Source: Candidatus Binatia bacterium (GTDB taxonomy: Bacteria; Desulfobacterota; Binatia; UBA1149; CAITLU01). Taken from it: DNA of 64,000 nucleotides. A program made the position numbers and the translations under genes. The stretch covers positions 23,811 to 87,810 of the forward strand of contig DASPNH010000127.1 of assembly GCA_035626675.1 (NCBI GenBank), in the 5' to 3' direction. Each line of letters opens with the position of its first letter. The stretch's first letter is position 1. A model generated the notes under the pieces. It was not told the DNA's origin. It was given only the letters and a program-made list of their open reading frames with translations, and searched no databases. Shown here in pieces: positions 1 to 10,091 of the stretch.

Positions 1-860
1 AGGTCTGCGACGCGGTGGAGTGCCGTCATCTGGTTCGACGATTCGGTGATGTCCCCGAGCGCTACGCTGATGTCGCTCTTCAGGCGCGCACGCTCGTGCT
101 CCTTCTCGGCCGCTGCACGTGCGGCGCGCTCGACCAGCTCCCGATCGTGCGCCTCCTGTGCCCGCATGCGCTCGGAGACGTCGCGTACGATCGTGACGTG
201 TCCGGTAACCGCAGCGTCGCTGTCCATCACGGGCGATTCGATGAGCTCGACGGGGCACGACTGCGAATCGGACCGGGTAAGGCGAAACGTTCCATCGGCC
301 TGCCTGGTTACCCGCAGGACATCGGCCAGACGGCGGCCGGTGGCGCGCTCGGACTTCCAGCCGAGCAGCGTCTCGGCTGCACGATTCAGGAACGTGATGC
401 ATCGCTGCGTATCGGTGGCCACGACGGCTTCACCGATGCTGCTCAGGATGGCGTCCAGGCGCTTCTGGTTGTCACGAAGCGCCCGCTCCATCTTGTGTCG
501 AAACAGGGCGATGTGAATCGCGATCTCCATCTCACGGTCTTCGAACGGCTTGAGCACGTAGCCGAAAGGATGGGTGACGCGCGCGCGCTCCAGCGTCGTC
601 TCGTCCGAATACGCGGTCAGGTAGACGACGGGTATGAAGAACCGGTCCTGAATCTGCTGCGCAGCCTGGATGCCGTCCATGACTCCGCGCAGGTGCACAT
701 CCATGAGAACGAGGCTGGGCCGCAGGTGTTCGGCGATCTCGATGGCTTCCTCGCCGGACGATGCGACGCCGACGACGTGATACTGCAGCTTCTCGAGACT
801 GGAGACGAGGTCCATGGCGACCACGTTCTCGTCCTCGACGACGAGTATGGAAGCTTTCGG
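1..860 (-). CDS. Response regulator with a CheY-like receiver domain plus PAS domain, partial because the C-terminus runs off the window start
   Basis: The minus-strand translation from the ATG at 860 reads [63 protein letters not shown]...YVLKPF, which is a canonical receiver domain. It is followed by a PAS-like segment. This ORF is missing from the six-frame track because it is truncated by the window edge. The 15..902 plus-strand ORF is its antisense shadow. Confidence 0.7.
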
Positions 861-864
861 CTCG

Positions 865-2307
865 CTATTCATTCTGGTCTCGCGGACGTCTCGGAATGCT
901 GAGCCGTACTTCGGTGCCGCCATCGGAGCGGATCATCAGCTTGCCGTCGATCTGATCCGCAAGGGTCCGGATGAGCCGTATGCCCAGGGTCGGCTCCGCT
1001 GCGTGGTCGATGTCGGAGGGCATCCCGACGCCATTGTCGCGGACCACCAGGTCATCGAATTCGGGGCCCGGGTGGAGCTCGACCGAGACCGTGCCGCGGC
1101 GCCCGTCCGGGAACGCGTGCTTCAGTGCGTTGGACACGAGCTCGTTCAGGATGAGGCCGCACGGAACGGCGACGTCGATCGGCAGCGGGACCGGGATGAA
1201 ACGGCTCTCGATGCGAACGTCCACCGATTCGAGCGCGTGCGAGCGCAGGAGCTGGCGGGTCAGATCACGGATGTATTCGCCGAGATCGACGCTGGAGAGA
1301 TCCTTGGACCGGTAGAGCAGCTCGTGCACCAAGGCCATGGAGCGTATGCGGCTCTGTCCCTCGCGCAGCGCCGTCCGGGCCGACTCGTCCACGACGCCCT
1401 CTGCCTGGAGCTTGAGGAGGCTCGATGTCACCTGGAGGTTGTTCTTGACGCGGTGATGGATCTCCTTGAGCAGGGTCTCCTTCTCGCGCAGCGATGCGCG
1501 GGCGATCTCTTCGGCACGCTTGGTTTCGGAGATGTCGAACGCCACGCCCTGCAAGAGGACGGGCACGCCGCGAGCATCCTTGATGAGGCGCGCTTCGCCG
1601 TGCACCCAGACCACGGCGCCGTCTCGCGTCAGGAAACGGCAGTCCGCGCGAAAGGGGCCGCCGGTGATGCAACCCCGGGCGAACTCTGCATCGAGCTTGC
1701 GGCGGTCCCCATAATGAAGCCGGTCGTACCAGAGCACCGGGTTGGACACCCATTCGGCCTGCGAATAACCGAGCAGGCTCTCGATCTGTGGGCTGACGTA
1801 GATGTCGTAGAGGCCCCCGTCGAGGCCCGCCGTGAATACCACCGCGGGAATCTGCTCGACGAGGTGTCGATAGCGGAGTTCGGTGCGGCGACCCGCCATC
1901 AGATCCTGTTCGTGAAGCGTCAGGATCACATACATCGAACCGTCGATGGGAAGATCCGTCCTGGTCACCCACAGGGAAACGTAGCCGCCGTCGGCTCGCG
2001 CTATGCGAGTCACGACCCGTTCACCGGCCGCGGGGATCTTTCCGAGCAGGGCCTGGGCCGGCCGCCCGACCGCATCCGCACTGCACACACCGAGCAGGCG
2101 CTCGGCTGCGGCGTCGGCGCCTGCGAACACGCCATCGATCGTCATGATCACCATCGCGGCTTGCGGCCCGTCATGGGAGGCATCGCTTTGCGGCGCATCG
2201 GCCGGCAGCCGTACGCCCCCCTGCAGAAAGACGTCCGCAAGCTGCTGCAGCATCGCGCGAGCGACGTCTGGCGTGGGATACGCCATGGTCTCATCCACGA
2301 GCGTCAC
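865..2307 (-). CDS. Sensor histidine kinase with PAS domains and a HisKA_2/HWE-type kinase core
   Basis: The [20 protein letters not shown]-box is typical of HisKA_2/HWE kinases. The C-terminus carries HATPase motifs ([14 protein letters not shown]). Two PAS-like segments lie upstream. The start could alternatively be M8 at 2286, which would sit 4 nt after the hypB stop. Confidence 0.75.
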   Translation of the reverse strand: MTLVDETMAYPTPDVARAMLQQLADVFLQGGVRLPADAPQSDASHDGPQAAMVIMTIDGVFAGADAAAERLLGVCSADAVGRPAQALLGKIPAAGERVVTRIARADGGYVSLWVTRTDLPIDGSMYVILTLHEQDLMAGRRTELRYRHLVEQIPAVVFTAGLDGGLYDIYVSPQIESLLGYSQAEWVSNPVLWYDRLHYGDRRKLDAEFARGCITGGPFRADCRFLTRDGAVVWVHGEARLIKDARGVPVLLQGVAFDISETKRAEEIARASLREKETLLKEIHHRVKNNLQVTSSLLKLQAEGVVDESARTALREGQSRIRSMALVHELLYRSKDLSSVDLGEYIRDLTRQLLRSHALESVDVRIESRFIPVPLPIDVAVPCGLILNELVSNALKHAFPDGRRGTVSVELHPGPEFDDLVVRDNGVGMPSDIDHAAEPTLGIRLIRTLADQIDGKLMIRSDGGTEVRLSIPRRPRDQNE

Positions 2308-3337
2308 GCGTCCTTATCCACGCATACCAGGAATCCAGACCGGCACCGGTGATCGCGGAGACCGGAAGGACCTCGACGTGCGGATTGACCAGCCGCGCGT
2401 TATCGACGAAGCGCGCAACGTCGAACGGGACATGAGGCAGCAGATCGACCTTATTGAGAAGCACGAGGCTGCCGGCGCGGAACATGTAGGGATACTTGAG
2501 CGGCTTGTCGTCGCCCTCGGTAACCGATGCCACGACGACCTTGGCATGTTCGCCCAGATCGAAGAGCGCCGGACAGACCAGGTTGCCCACGTTCTCGATG
2601 AAAATCAGGACGTCTTGTCCCGGCTGCAGCGTATGCAGCGCACTCTCGACCATGGCTGCGTCCAGATGGCAGCCGGTACCGGTATTGATCTGGATGGCGT
2701 CGACGCCGGTCTTGCGAATGCGGTCGGCATCGCAGGCGGTGGCCTGATCGCCTTCGATGACCAGTATCGCGCGCGCTCCTTGCATGTCCCGGATCGTCCG
2801 TTCCAGGAGCGTGGTCTTGCCGGCGCCCGGGGAGCTCATCAGGTTCAGCGCCAGGGCGTTGCAATCCGCCAGAAAGCCGCGGGTGCGGGCCGCGATGCGG
2901 TCGTTCTTGGCCAGGATCGCTGTTTGCAGCACATGCTCGCGCGACGCGCGCGCCCGGCCACCCTGTCCATCACTGCGACGCGGCTCGGGCAAATGATCAT
3001 GACCGTCGCCGTGGCGGTGCTCGTGGTGGTGGCTGTGGTCGTGGTCGTGGTCGTGGCTGTGGCTGTGGTCGTGGTCGTGGTCGTGGCTGTGGCTGTGGTC
3101 GTGGCCGTGGTCGTGGTCGTGGCTGTGGCTGTGGTCGTGGCCGTGGTCGTGGTCGTGGTCGTGGCTGTGATCGTGGCTGTGATCGTGGCTGTGGCCGTGG
3201 CTGTGGCCGTGACCGTCGTCGTGATCATGCATGGGACGGCTGCGGTCGTCACTGCCGCGGCGAGCGCCCGCGCGCGCCCGGTCGGCGGGACCTTCGGGCG
3301 TGGAGCGATCGACGGAGCAGCCGCACGTCACGCACAT
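2291..3337 (-). CDS. hypB: Hydrogenase nickel incorporation GTPase HypB with a long His-rich metal-binding linker
   Basis: The N-terminus MCVTCGCS is the conserved HypB CxxCGC motif. It is followed by an HDHSHDHGH low-complexity stretch. The G-domain carries [11 protein letters not shown] (P-loop) and LLNKVDL. The start ATG at 3337 overlaps the hypA stop. Confidence 0.9.
   Translation of the reverse strand: MCVTCGCSVDRSTPEGPADRARAGARRGSDDRSRPMHDHDDGHGHSHGHSHDHSHDHSHDHDHDHGHDHSHSHDHDHGHDHSHSHDHDHDHSHSHDHDHDHSHHHEHRHGDGHDHLPEPRRSDGQGGRARASREHVLQTAILAKNDRIAARTRGFLADCNALALNLMSSPGAGKTTLLERTIRDMQGARAILVIEGDQATACDADRIRKTGVDAIQINTGTGCHLDAAMVESALHTLQPGQDVLIFIENVGNLVCPALFDLGEHAKVVVASVTEGDDKPLKYPYMFRAGSLVLLNKVDLLPHVPFDVARFVDNARLVNPHVEVLPVSAITGAGLDSWYAWIRTRDARG
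3013..3232. repeat. Tandem GTCGTG/GCTGTG hexamer-derived repeat array encoding the His-Asp-Ser (HDHSHDHD) linker of HypB
   Basis: Direct reading of 3013-3232 shows a near-perfect periodic gtcgtggtcgtggctgtggct unit. On the minus strand this encodes (HD/HS/HG)n. Confidence 0.8.
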
Positions 3338-3666
3338 CCGTGCACCTCCACGATGCTCACCTTGAGCTCCTCCCCCGTGATCCAGTCGAACTCCGTCCGG
3401 CCGCACGAGCATACGCCGAACGGCTGATCCAGCTCGTGCTCGGATCCGCAGGCAAGGCAGCGGGCAAGCGCGGCAACCTCGATGATCTCGAGGGTCGCTC
3501 CGGCGGCCGAAGTCCCCTCGCTGCAAATGTCGAAGCAGAAGCGCAACGCATCCGGAAGGACGGCGGTGAGACGGCCGACCTCCACGACGATCCGCTTGAC
3601 GCGCGCGTCGCCGGCCGCTTCTGCGGCGATCGCAACGATCTCCTGCGTGATGCCGAGCTCATGCAT
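3328..3666 (-). CDS. hypA: Hydrogenase nickel insertion protein HypA
   Basis: [14 protein letters not shown] is the HypA N-terminus. Zn-finger CxxC...CxxC motifs (CLACGSE, CSCG) are present. The 8-nt overlap with the upstream protease gene fits an operon. Confidence 0.85.
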   Translation of the reverse strand: MHELGITQEIVAIAAEAAGDARVKRIVVEVGRLTAVLPDALRFCFDICSEGTSAAGATLEIIEVAALARCLACGSEHELDQPFGVCSCGRTEFDWITGEELKVSIVEVHGCA

Positions 3667-4147
3667 CGGCGGCATGCAGCAGCGTCTCGACCAGATCGAC
3701 GGCTCTGTCGACCGCCGCTTCCACCGGCGCGCTCAGTCCCACCGAAATATCATCCCCTTCGGGCACCTGCCCCGGCTCGCATCCGACCACGCGAACGTAT
3801 TCGAGGTGACCGCCCATCGACAGTGCCATCGCCAGCGCACGCTCCGGGACCACACCATGCGCCTCCAGGGAGCAAGCGCCATCGGCATCGCCGATGCGCG
3901 AGAGATCGGGCTCCAGCACGTACAGCGTCCCCGGCGCCCGCCCGCGTGGAGTTGCGTCCACCAGGATCACACGCGCGTAGTCCAGAAGTGCGTAGGTGAG
4001 ATCGAGCCCGCGGATGCCGAAGTCGACGATGTCGGCGTCGGTTCTCGGCCGCCTCTCTGCAAGCCGCCGGACGACCTCGACTCCGAAGCCGTCATCGCCG
4101 AGAAAGATGTTGCCGATGCCTGCGACGAGCCTGGCGCGGTTCCTCAT
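3659..4147 (-). CDS. [NiFe]-hydrogenase maturation endopeptidase (HyaD/HybD/HoxW family)
   Basis: MRNRARLVAGIGNIFLGDDGFGVEVVRRL matches the GxGNxxxxDDGxG signature of large-subunit C-terminal proteases. The ATGA overlap with the upstream gene places the start at 4147. Confidence 0.8.
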   Translation of the reverse strand: MRNRARLVAGIGNIFLGDDGFGVEVVRRLAERRPRTDADIVDFGIRGLDLTYALLDYARVILVDATPRGRAPGTLYVLEPDLSRIGDADGACSLEAHGVVPERALAMALSMGGHLEYVRVVGCEPGQVPEGDDISVGLSAPVEAAVDRAVDLVETLLHAADA

Positions 4148-5214
4148 AGCGGCTCGATCTCCTCTGGCGTGAAAAAGAAGCGATGTCCGTATGCGCCGAG
4201 ATCCTTGCCGGGATCCTCGTCCACCGTCACCGCCACGTAGGTACGGCCTTCGTAATCCCGTTCGACTGCCTGGATCGTCGCGCGCTTCCCCGCAAGCGCC
4301 AGATCGAAGATGTCGCCGCGGCCCTTGGGACGCAAGCACACGCTCGTGCCCGGCTGCAACGGCGAGCGCGGCCGTAGCCGGCCATGCAGCTCACCCAGTC
4401 GCGCCAGCCCCGCCGCCTCGGTGCGATCGAGCAGGTCGCGGGCGCGCGGATCGCCTTCGGCCATGGCCAGCTTCTCCTGGTCGGTCAGCGTCAGGACGCG
4501 CAGCGTCAGCAGCTCGTCGATCTCGGTTCCGTCGAAGAAGTCGCCAGGGCTTTCCGGCGCCAGCTCGGGATAGTCATAAAGGATGATGGGAGCGGCAAGC
4601 ACGGTGTCGCGTGAGCCGGGAGCACCGACCATCACTGGCCACAAGCCTGTGCTGCGACACGTGTCCACCAACGGGCGCAGCTCCGGCGGTGGGTCGATCG
4701 CCGAGACGAACCGGCCTGAAGGGCTTCGCAGCAGCACCAGGGCGGAACACAGCGCCAGCGTCAGCGCCTGTTCGCGCGAGACGGTTCGCGCGTCGGCGAG
4801 CGCGGTCGTGTTGCGCAGCTCCACCGACAGTTTCCACCGGTTGCCTCCGAGGTCGGCGGCACTTGCGGCAAGCTCTCCGCGCAGCGCTCCGAAACGAAAC
4901 GGAACAGCGGCATCTGCTGTCAGCGCAGCCACGCCAGCCTGCGCCGTCGATACCTCCCGGACGGTGCCGCGGCCATCCTCGAAATGAAGGAAACGTGCCT
5001 GCGCCGACACGGTCGCGTCGGGCCCTCCCTCCAGAATGCATTCGAGCCGTGCCAGCGACGAATCGCCGGCATCGTGCACACGGCAGAACTCCTGCGGATA
5101 AAGCGTTCCGAACGGAAAGCGGTGCAGGTTCTTGAGCGCGGTCAGCTGATACGGATAAAGGAGATACCCTTCGTGCAGAACGGCATCGGCCAGCTCGCCG
5201 GCGTCGTGGCTCAT
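4144..5214 (-). CDS. Hydrogenase-associated conserved protein of unknown function (357 aa)
   Basis: A clean ORF sits between the NifU-like gene (ATGA overlap at 5211-5214) and the protease (ATGA overlap at 4144-4147). Starting at MSHDAGELADAVLHEGYLLYPYQ, the composition is ordinary and non-repetitive. No recognisable domain was found. Its position mirrors the conserved unknowns (hhaB/C-like) of group 1h hydrogenase loci. Confidence 0.5.
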   Translation of the reverse strand: MSHDAGELADAVLHEGYLLYPYQLTALKNLHRFPFGTLYPQEFCRVHDAGDSSLARLECILEGGPDATVSAQARFLHFEDGRGTVREVSTAQAGVAALTADAAVPFRFGALRGELAASAADLGGNRWKLSVELRNTTALADARTVSREQALTLALCSALVLLRSPSGRFVSAIDPPPELRPLVDTCRSTGLWPVMVGAPGSRDTVLAAPIILYDYPELAPESPGDFFDGTEIDELLTLRVLTLTDQEKLAMAEGDPRARDLLDRTEAAGLARLGELHGRLRPRSPLQPGTSVCLRPKGRGDIFDLALAGKRATIQAVERDYEGRTYVAVTVDEDPGKDLGAYGHRFFFTPEEIEPL

Positions 5215-6230
5215 GCATCCCCCTGAGGCGTCTGCGCGAAGAAGTCCTCGACAGCGCGCATCGGCCCGTCGCCGCCGGTGATCCCCTGCCAGCTGCGACG
5301 AACCAGCGCCGAAAGGCGGTAGCACTGGTCGATGGATAGGATGTGGTAGGCCGTCTTTCCGCGCAGCCGGACGGCGAGCAGGGCGCAGGTGTCCGGCTCC
5401 AGCTCCGCGAGCACGGGATTGTGCCGCACCAGCTCGGCCCAGGCATGCTGGGGGACCAGCGATTCGATGGGACCGGCCGGCCCGGGATAGGCGGCGACGA
5501 CCTCGCCCATGGCCGACGAGTAGGTGAAGAAGGCCAGGCCCACCGGCACCTCCAGCGCAGCCCACTGCGCTTCGCTGATCCGGAATCCGGCAAGCAGACG
5601 CGCCCTTCGACGCACGCGCCGCACCTTGGCCGAGGGAATGTCGAACAGAAGCGCGCAGGCCGTGCACGTGCACTCCAGCCTGCGGTCGCGACTGTCGAGC
5701 AAGTGCTCGTGCTCCTCGCTGAGGGGCGCGCTGCATAGATGGCAGCGTTCGGGATGTTGCGGCGCGGCGGCAACCGCAGCCGTCGCCATCGGCTCGTCCT
5801 GGACGACTTCGATAATGGCCAGCTCGGGCGCCGCCTGCTCGATGGCCTGCATCACGGATCGACGCAGACCCGGACTTCCCGTCAGCCGAAGCCGGACCCC
5901 GCCATCGTCGATCGAGAGGACCTCGGCGCTGCAGCCGGGCGCGCCGGCGCACGCGCCATCGACCGCGCGTCGAACCCGCTCCTCGACGGATAGCGGGTGC
6001 AGGTCATGCAGGGCAAGGACGCTGGCGATGACCTCATCCTGCGCTGCCTGGCGAAGCGCCTGGTCGCCGTCGCCGCTTTCGCGCAGCCGCTCGCACAGGC
6101 GCCGCAGGCCTTCTCCATGCAGCGCGAGCACGGCCGAGACGGCCTCTCGCGCCGCAGCGATCGCCTCGGCGTCGCCGATCGATTCCAGGCGCGTGATGGC
6201 GGACTCGAGAGCGCGGGGAGCGACGCTCAC
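5211..6230 (-). CDS. Hydrogenase-associated protein with a NifU-like (Fe-S scaffold C-terminal-like) domain and a C-terminal 4-Cys region
   Basis: The GTG start at 6230 overlaps the hhyL stop as GTGA. The middle segment ERVRRAVDGACAGAPGCSAEVLSIDDGGVRLRLTGSPG resembles a NifU C-terminal domain. CHLCSAP...CTCTAC provides a Cys cluster. It is the same kind of gene as the NifU-like hhaA of group 1h loci, called from memory rather than by search. Confidence 0.55.
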   Translation of the reverse strand: MSVAPRALESAITRLESIGDAEAIAAAREAVSAVLALHGEGLRRLCERLRESGDGDQALRQAAQDEVIASVLALHDLHPLSVEERVRRAVDGACAGAPGCSAEVLSIDDGGVRLRLTGSPGLRRSVMQAIEQAAPELAIIEVVQDEPMATAAVAAAPQHPERCHLCSAPLSEEHEHLLDSRDRRLECTCTACALLFDIPSAKVRRVRRRARLLAGFRISEAQWAALEVPVGLAFFTYSSAMGEVVAAYPGPAGPIESLVPQHAWAELVRHNPVLAELEPDTCALLAVRLRGKTAYHILSIDQCYRLSALVRRSWQGITGGDGPMRAVEDFFAQTPQGDA

Positions 6231-8011
6231 GGCGTGTCCTTCGGCGGCTGGACCCCGAACATCGGCGAGTGCCGCACCAGCAGCTCCTTGCCCGGACCGA
6301 GGTACATGTGCACGCCGCAGGGAAGGCACGGGTCGAAGCTTCGCACGGTTCGCATGATGTCGATGCCCTTGAACGTGTCCTGACCGTTCTCTTCGAAGAT
6401 CGGGCTGCCTTCGATGGCATCCTCGTAGGGTCCCGGCGTTCCGTGCAGGTCTCTCGGGCTCGCGTTCCAGCAGGTCGGCGGGTACGGGTGGTAATTGGCG
6501 ATCTTGCCGTTGCGGATCACCATGTGGTGCGAGAGCGCGCCGCGGACGGCCTCATGAAAGCCGCACGCGACGGCCTCTTCCGGCACCTGGAATTCGGACC
6601 ACACCTTGGTGTCGCCCGCGTTGAGCGTTTCGAAAGCGCGCTCGACGAAATAGAGCGCGCAGGCCGCCGCGTAGGCCTGGAAATAGCTGCGCGCACGATT
6701 GCGTTCGAGCGTGTTGCTCCAGCGCGGAATGTGCCACTCGAATTCGGTCTCGGGATGGTTGGTCGATTTCGGCAGCCGGATCTTGACGCTTTTGCCGGTC
6801 GACTCGACGTAGCCGATGCTGACGCGCTTGGCCAGTGCCGTCGTCCAGAACCGCGCCAGCGGGCCGCCGCCGGTGTCGAGCGCAAGGTTGGAGCCGTCGC
6901 GCCTGTCCTGCCAGCGTGGCGCCATCACCCACGTGTACTTTCCGCCGAAATCCCGCTTCTGCGGGCGCGGCGTCGTCGTCTGGTTCCATGGGTGGCGCTG
7001 GTCGACCGGGTTGCCGAGGGGATCGCGCTTGACGAACGTCTCCCCATCCTGCCAGTCGTCGTAGAAGGAGCTGCCGAGCAGGATGCGCATGCCGAGATTG
7101 ATCTCGACCATGTCCGTGGTCACGAGCTCGCCGTCCATCACGATGCCGGGGCTGACGTACATCTCGCGCGCCCAGTCGGTCATCGTCTCGTAGCGGAAAT
7201 CGCAGGAGTCGGGGTTCTGAAACGATCCCCAGCAGCCGAGCAGGACCCTGCGCTCGCCGACTTTCTCATAGCCCGGCAGCGCCTCGTAGATGAAGTCGAA
7301 AAGGTCGTCGTGCAGCGGCACGACGCGCTTGACGAAGTCCACGTATCGCATGAGGCGCGTCAGGTACTCGGTGAAGAGCTGCGGGCTGGGCACGGTGCCG
7401 ACTCCGCCCGGATACAGGGTGGACGGGTGCGCATGGCGTCCGCCCATCAGGCAGTACATCTCGCGCGCCAGGCGGCTTATGGCCAGGGCCTCGCGATAGA
7501 ACGCGCCCGTAAAAGGATTCAGGGCGCGCATGATGTCTGCGATGGTGCGGTAGCCGTGAATCGCTCCATTTGCCGCCAGCGTGTTTTCGGCCCGTGCCAG
7601 CACCGAGGGATTGGTCTCCTTGACCATCTGCTCGCAGAAATCGACGCCGACCAGATTGTCCTGGAAGATGTTGTGGTCGAACATGTATTCGGCGGCTTCG
7701 GCGAGGTTGATGATCCAATCGCCGAGCGGCGGCGTCTTGACGCCGAACGCCATGTTCTGCGCGTACACGGCGCAGGTTGCATGATTGTCGCCGCATATTC
7801 CGCAGATGCGGCTGGTGATGAAGTGCGCGTCGCGCGGATCCTTGCCGCGCATGAAGACGCTGTAGCCGCGGAAGATCGAGGATGTCGCGCGGCAGTCGGC
7901 AACCTCGAGGTTGGCAAAGTCGATCTTGGTATGGATCCCGAGGCTGCCGACGATCCGCGTGATCGGATCCCACGACATCTCGACCAGATTGCGCCCGTCA
8001 GTCCCGCCCAT
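6227..8011 (-). CDS. hhyL: [NiFe]-hydrogenase large subunit, group 1h/5 (actinobacterial/high-affinity type)
   Basis: The start MGGTDGRNLVEMSWDPITRIVGSLGIHTKIDF is the characteristic group 1h N-terminus. The L1 motif RICGICGDNH and the C-terminal DPCLPCGVH (L2), followed by a cleavable extension, are both present. The ATG at 8011 overlaps the small-subunit stop by 14 nt. Confidence 0.9.
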   Translation of the reverse strand: MGGTDGRNLVEMSWDPITRIVGSLGIHTKIDFANLEVADCRATSSIFRGYSVFMRGKDPRDAHFITSRICGICGDNHATCAVYAQNMAFGVKTPPLGDWIINLAEAAEYMFDHNIFQDNLVGVDFCEQMVKETNPSVLARAENTLAANGAIHGYRTIADIMRALNPFTGAFYREALAISRLAREMYCLMGGRHAHPSTLYPGGVGTVPSPQLFTEYLTRLMRYVDFVKRVVPLHDDLFDFIYEALPGYEKVGERRVLLGCWGSFQNPDSCDFRYETMTDWAREMYVSPGIVMDGELVTTDMVEINLGMRILLGSSFYDDWQDGETFVKRDPLGNPVDQRHPWNQTTTPRPQKRDFGGKYTWVMAPRWQDRRDGSNLALDTGGGPLARFWTTALAKRVSIGYVESTGKSVKIRLPKSTNHPETEFEWHIPRWSNTLERNRARSYFQAYAAACALYFVERAFETLNAGDTKVWSEFQVPEEAVACGFHEAVRGALSHHMVIRNGKIANYHPYPPTCWNASPRDLHGTPGPYEDAIEGSPIFEENGQDTFKGIDIMRTVRSFDPCLPCGVHMYLGPGKELLVRHSPMFGVQPPKDTP

Positions 8012-9035
8012 CGTCGGCTCCCTGGGTTTTCGAGGCCACGACCTCACCGGCCGGCCTGCGCCACTCCGGCTCGATGTCCATCGAGCCCTGCGTGAATCGG
8101 CGCAGCGCTCGAACCATGGTGCCGTAGGTAGCGATCGCCGCCGTCGACATGTAGGCGCCGGGCGGTTCGTCCATGTGCGGCATGAACTTGTCCGGATAGC
8201 CGGGCATCGTGCAGCCGATGCAGATGCCGCCGACGTTCGGACATCCGCCGATGCCGCCCATCCAGCCGCGCTTGGGCACGTTGCACAGCACCACAGGGCC
8301 CCAGCAGCCGACCTTGACCTGGCACCGCGGCGAGTTGTAGTCGGCGGCAAAGTCGGCCTGCTCGTAGAAGCTGCCGCGGTCGCACCCTTCGTGCACCGTG
8401 AACCCGAACAGCCATTGCGGCCGCAGCGACTCGTCCAGCGGGATCATCGGCGCCGAGCCCGCGGCCTGACGCAGCAGGTAGGTGAGCGTGTCCATGAAGT
8501 TGTCGGGCTGCACCGGGCAGCCCGGAATGTTGACGATCGGAACGAGGGCCCGGGAACGGAAGTCCTTTCCGAGATAGTCGGCCAATCCCATGCAGCCTGT
8601 GGGATTGCCGTCCATGGCATGAATTCCGCCGTAGGTGGCACAGGTGCCGGCCGCCACGACGGCCCATGCCCTGGGCGCCAGGCGATCGATCCACGTGCAC
8701 GTCGTGATCGGCTCGCCGGTGACCGGGTCCTGCCCGAAAGCGGCCCAGTAGCCTTCGGCCTTGTTCTCCTCGTTCGGCACCGAACCTTCGACCACGAGGA
8801 TGAACGGCGTCGTGGAGACGCCGTCTGCGACGTCATGAAAATGCTGCATGAACTCGCCGCCGTTCTCGTAGGCGAGAAACGGATTGTAGAGTCGCACCTT
8901 CGGCAGGCCTGGGATGGTACCCGCCAGAACGTCCTCGATGGCCGGATTGCTGGCGCCCGTCATCGCGATGGTATCGCCATCGCATCCGAGGCCGGCGGTG
9001 ATCCACAGGATCTCGATCTCTTCGATTGCGGCCAC
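7998..9035 (-). CDS. hhyS: [NiFe]-hydrogenase small subunit, group 1h, no Tat signal
   Basis: MAAIEEIEILWITAGLGCDGDT shows the proximal FeS cluster Cys pattern. Further Cys clusters follow (GCPVQPDNF; CWGPVVLC; GGICIGCTMPGYPD). The absence of an RRxFLK twin-arginine leader is typical of cytosolic group 1h enzymes. Confidence 0.9.
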   Translation of the reverse strand: MAAIEEIEILWITAGLGCDGDTIAMTGASNPAIEDVLAGTIPGLPKVRLYNPFLAYENGGEFMQHFHDVADGVSTTPFILVVEGSVPNEENKAEGYWAAFGQDPVTGEPITTCTWIDRLAPRAWAVVAAGTCATYGGIHAMDGNPTGCMGLADYLGKDFRSRALVPIVNIPGCPVQPDNFMDTLTYLLRQAAGSAPMIPLDESLRPQWLFGFTVHEGCDRGSFYEQADFAADYNSPRCQVKVGCWGPVVLCNVPKRGWMGGIGGCPNVGGICIGCTMPGYPDKFMPHMDEPPGAYMSTAAIATYGTMVRALRRFTQGSMDIEPEWRRPAGEVVASKTQGADDGRD

Positions 9036-9053
9036 TACGACTCCTTTTCCCGC

Positions 9054-10091
9054 TCAGCAGATTCGCGGCAACTGCTCGCCGGCGAGCATGCTCACCTGGC
9101 GGCTGGTGCCCAGCCGCGACGTCATCACCACCGCGCCCGCGTCCTCGCCCACGATCTCTCCGATGATGCTCGCCTCGCGCCCCTTCGGATGGGAGCGCAT
9201 GGCCGACAGCGCGCGTTCGGCATCGGCGCCGGGCACCACCGCCATGATGCGTCCCTCGCAAGCCACATGGAGCGGATCGAGGCCGAACAGCTCGCATGCC
9301 GCGCGCACCTCGGGCCGTACCGGAATCGCTTCCTCGCGGATGCGCACGCCCACTGCCGAGGCCACAGCGAGCTCGCACAGAGCGCTGGCCAGTCCGCCGC
9401 GAGTCGGGTCGCGCATGCAGCGGGTCCCGGCGCATGCTTCCAGCAGGTCGCTGCACAGGTCGTGCAGCGGCATCGTGTCGCTGGTCAGCTCGGTCGTGAA
9501 CTGCAGCCCTTCGCGCACGGAGAGAATGGCGATGCCGTGATCGCCGATGGGCCCGGATACGAGGACCGCGTCTCCGGGGCGCGCCGCGCCGATCGACAAC
9601 GTGCGCCCGTCGGGAACGATGCCGATGCCCGAGGTGATGATGAACGCCTGATCGCCCTTGCCCTTGTCGACGACCTTGGTATCGCCCGTGACCAGCTCCA
9701 CTCCCGCCTCGGAGCACGCGTCGCGCATCGAGGCGACGATCCTTTGCAAATCGTCGATGAGAAGCGACTCCTCCAGGATGAAGGCGGCGCAGAGATAGCG
9801 AGGGATGGCGCCGCCGACGGCCAGGTCGTTGACCGTGCCGTGAACGGCGAGCTTGCCGATGTCGCCGCCCGGAAAGAACAGCGGGCGCACCACGAAGGAG
9901 TCGGTCGTGAACGCGATGCGAACCCCCTGGCCCACGTGCACCGTGGCCTGATCTTCGAGCCGCGCTAGAGTGGTGCCGCCGAACCCGCTGAGGAAGACAC
10001 GCTGGATCAGTTCCGCCGACAGGCGGCCACCGGAGCCATGGCCCAGCAGGATGCGATCATGCGAGGAGACCGGCAGCGGGCACTCGATCAC
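9054..10091 (-). CDS. hypE: Hydrogenase maturation carbamoyl dehydratase HypE
   Basis: GHGSGG and GDTKVV motifs are present, together with AIR-synthase-like PurM folds. The C-terminal PRIC ends in the conserved terminal Cys. Confidence 0.9.
   Translation of the reverse strand: MIECPLPVSSHDRILLGHGSGGRLSAELIQRVFLSGFGGTTLARLEDQATVHVGQGVRIAFTTDSFVVRPLFFPGGDIGKLAVHGTVNDLAVGGAIPRYLCAAFILEESLLIDDLQRIVASMRDACSEAGVELVTGDTKVVDKGKGDQAFIITSGIGIVPDGRTLSIGAARPGDAVLVSGPIGDHGIAILSVREGLQFTTELTSDTMPLHDLCSDLLEACAGTRCMRDPTRGGLASALCELAVASAVGVRIREEAIPVRPEVRAACELFGLDPLHVACEGRIMAVVPGADAERALSAMRSHPKGREASIIGEIVGEDAGAVVMTSRLGTSRQVSMLAGEQLPRIC

Noticed and set aside
15-902. 295-aa plus-strand ORF at the window start
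   Set aside because: It is the antisense shadow of the minus-strand response regulator. The regulator's translation gives a textbook REC domain, whereas the plus frame is Arg/Ala-rich with no motifs.
4574-5773. 399-aa minus-strand ORF and several more than 100-aa ORFs overlapping the hydrogenase accessory genes
   Set aside because: These are alternative frames of real genes. Their extreme Arg/Pro/Ala composition is typical of off-frame translation in about 69% GC DNA.
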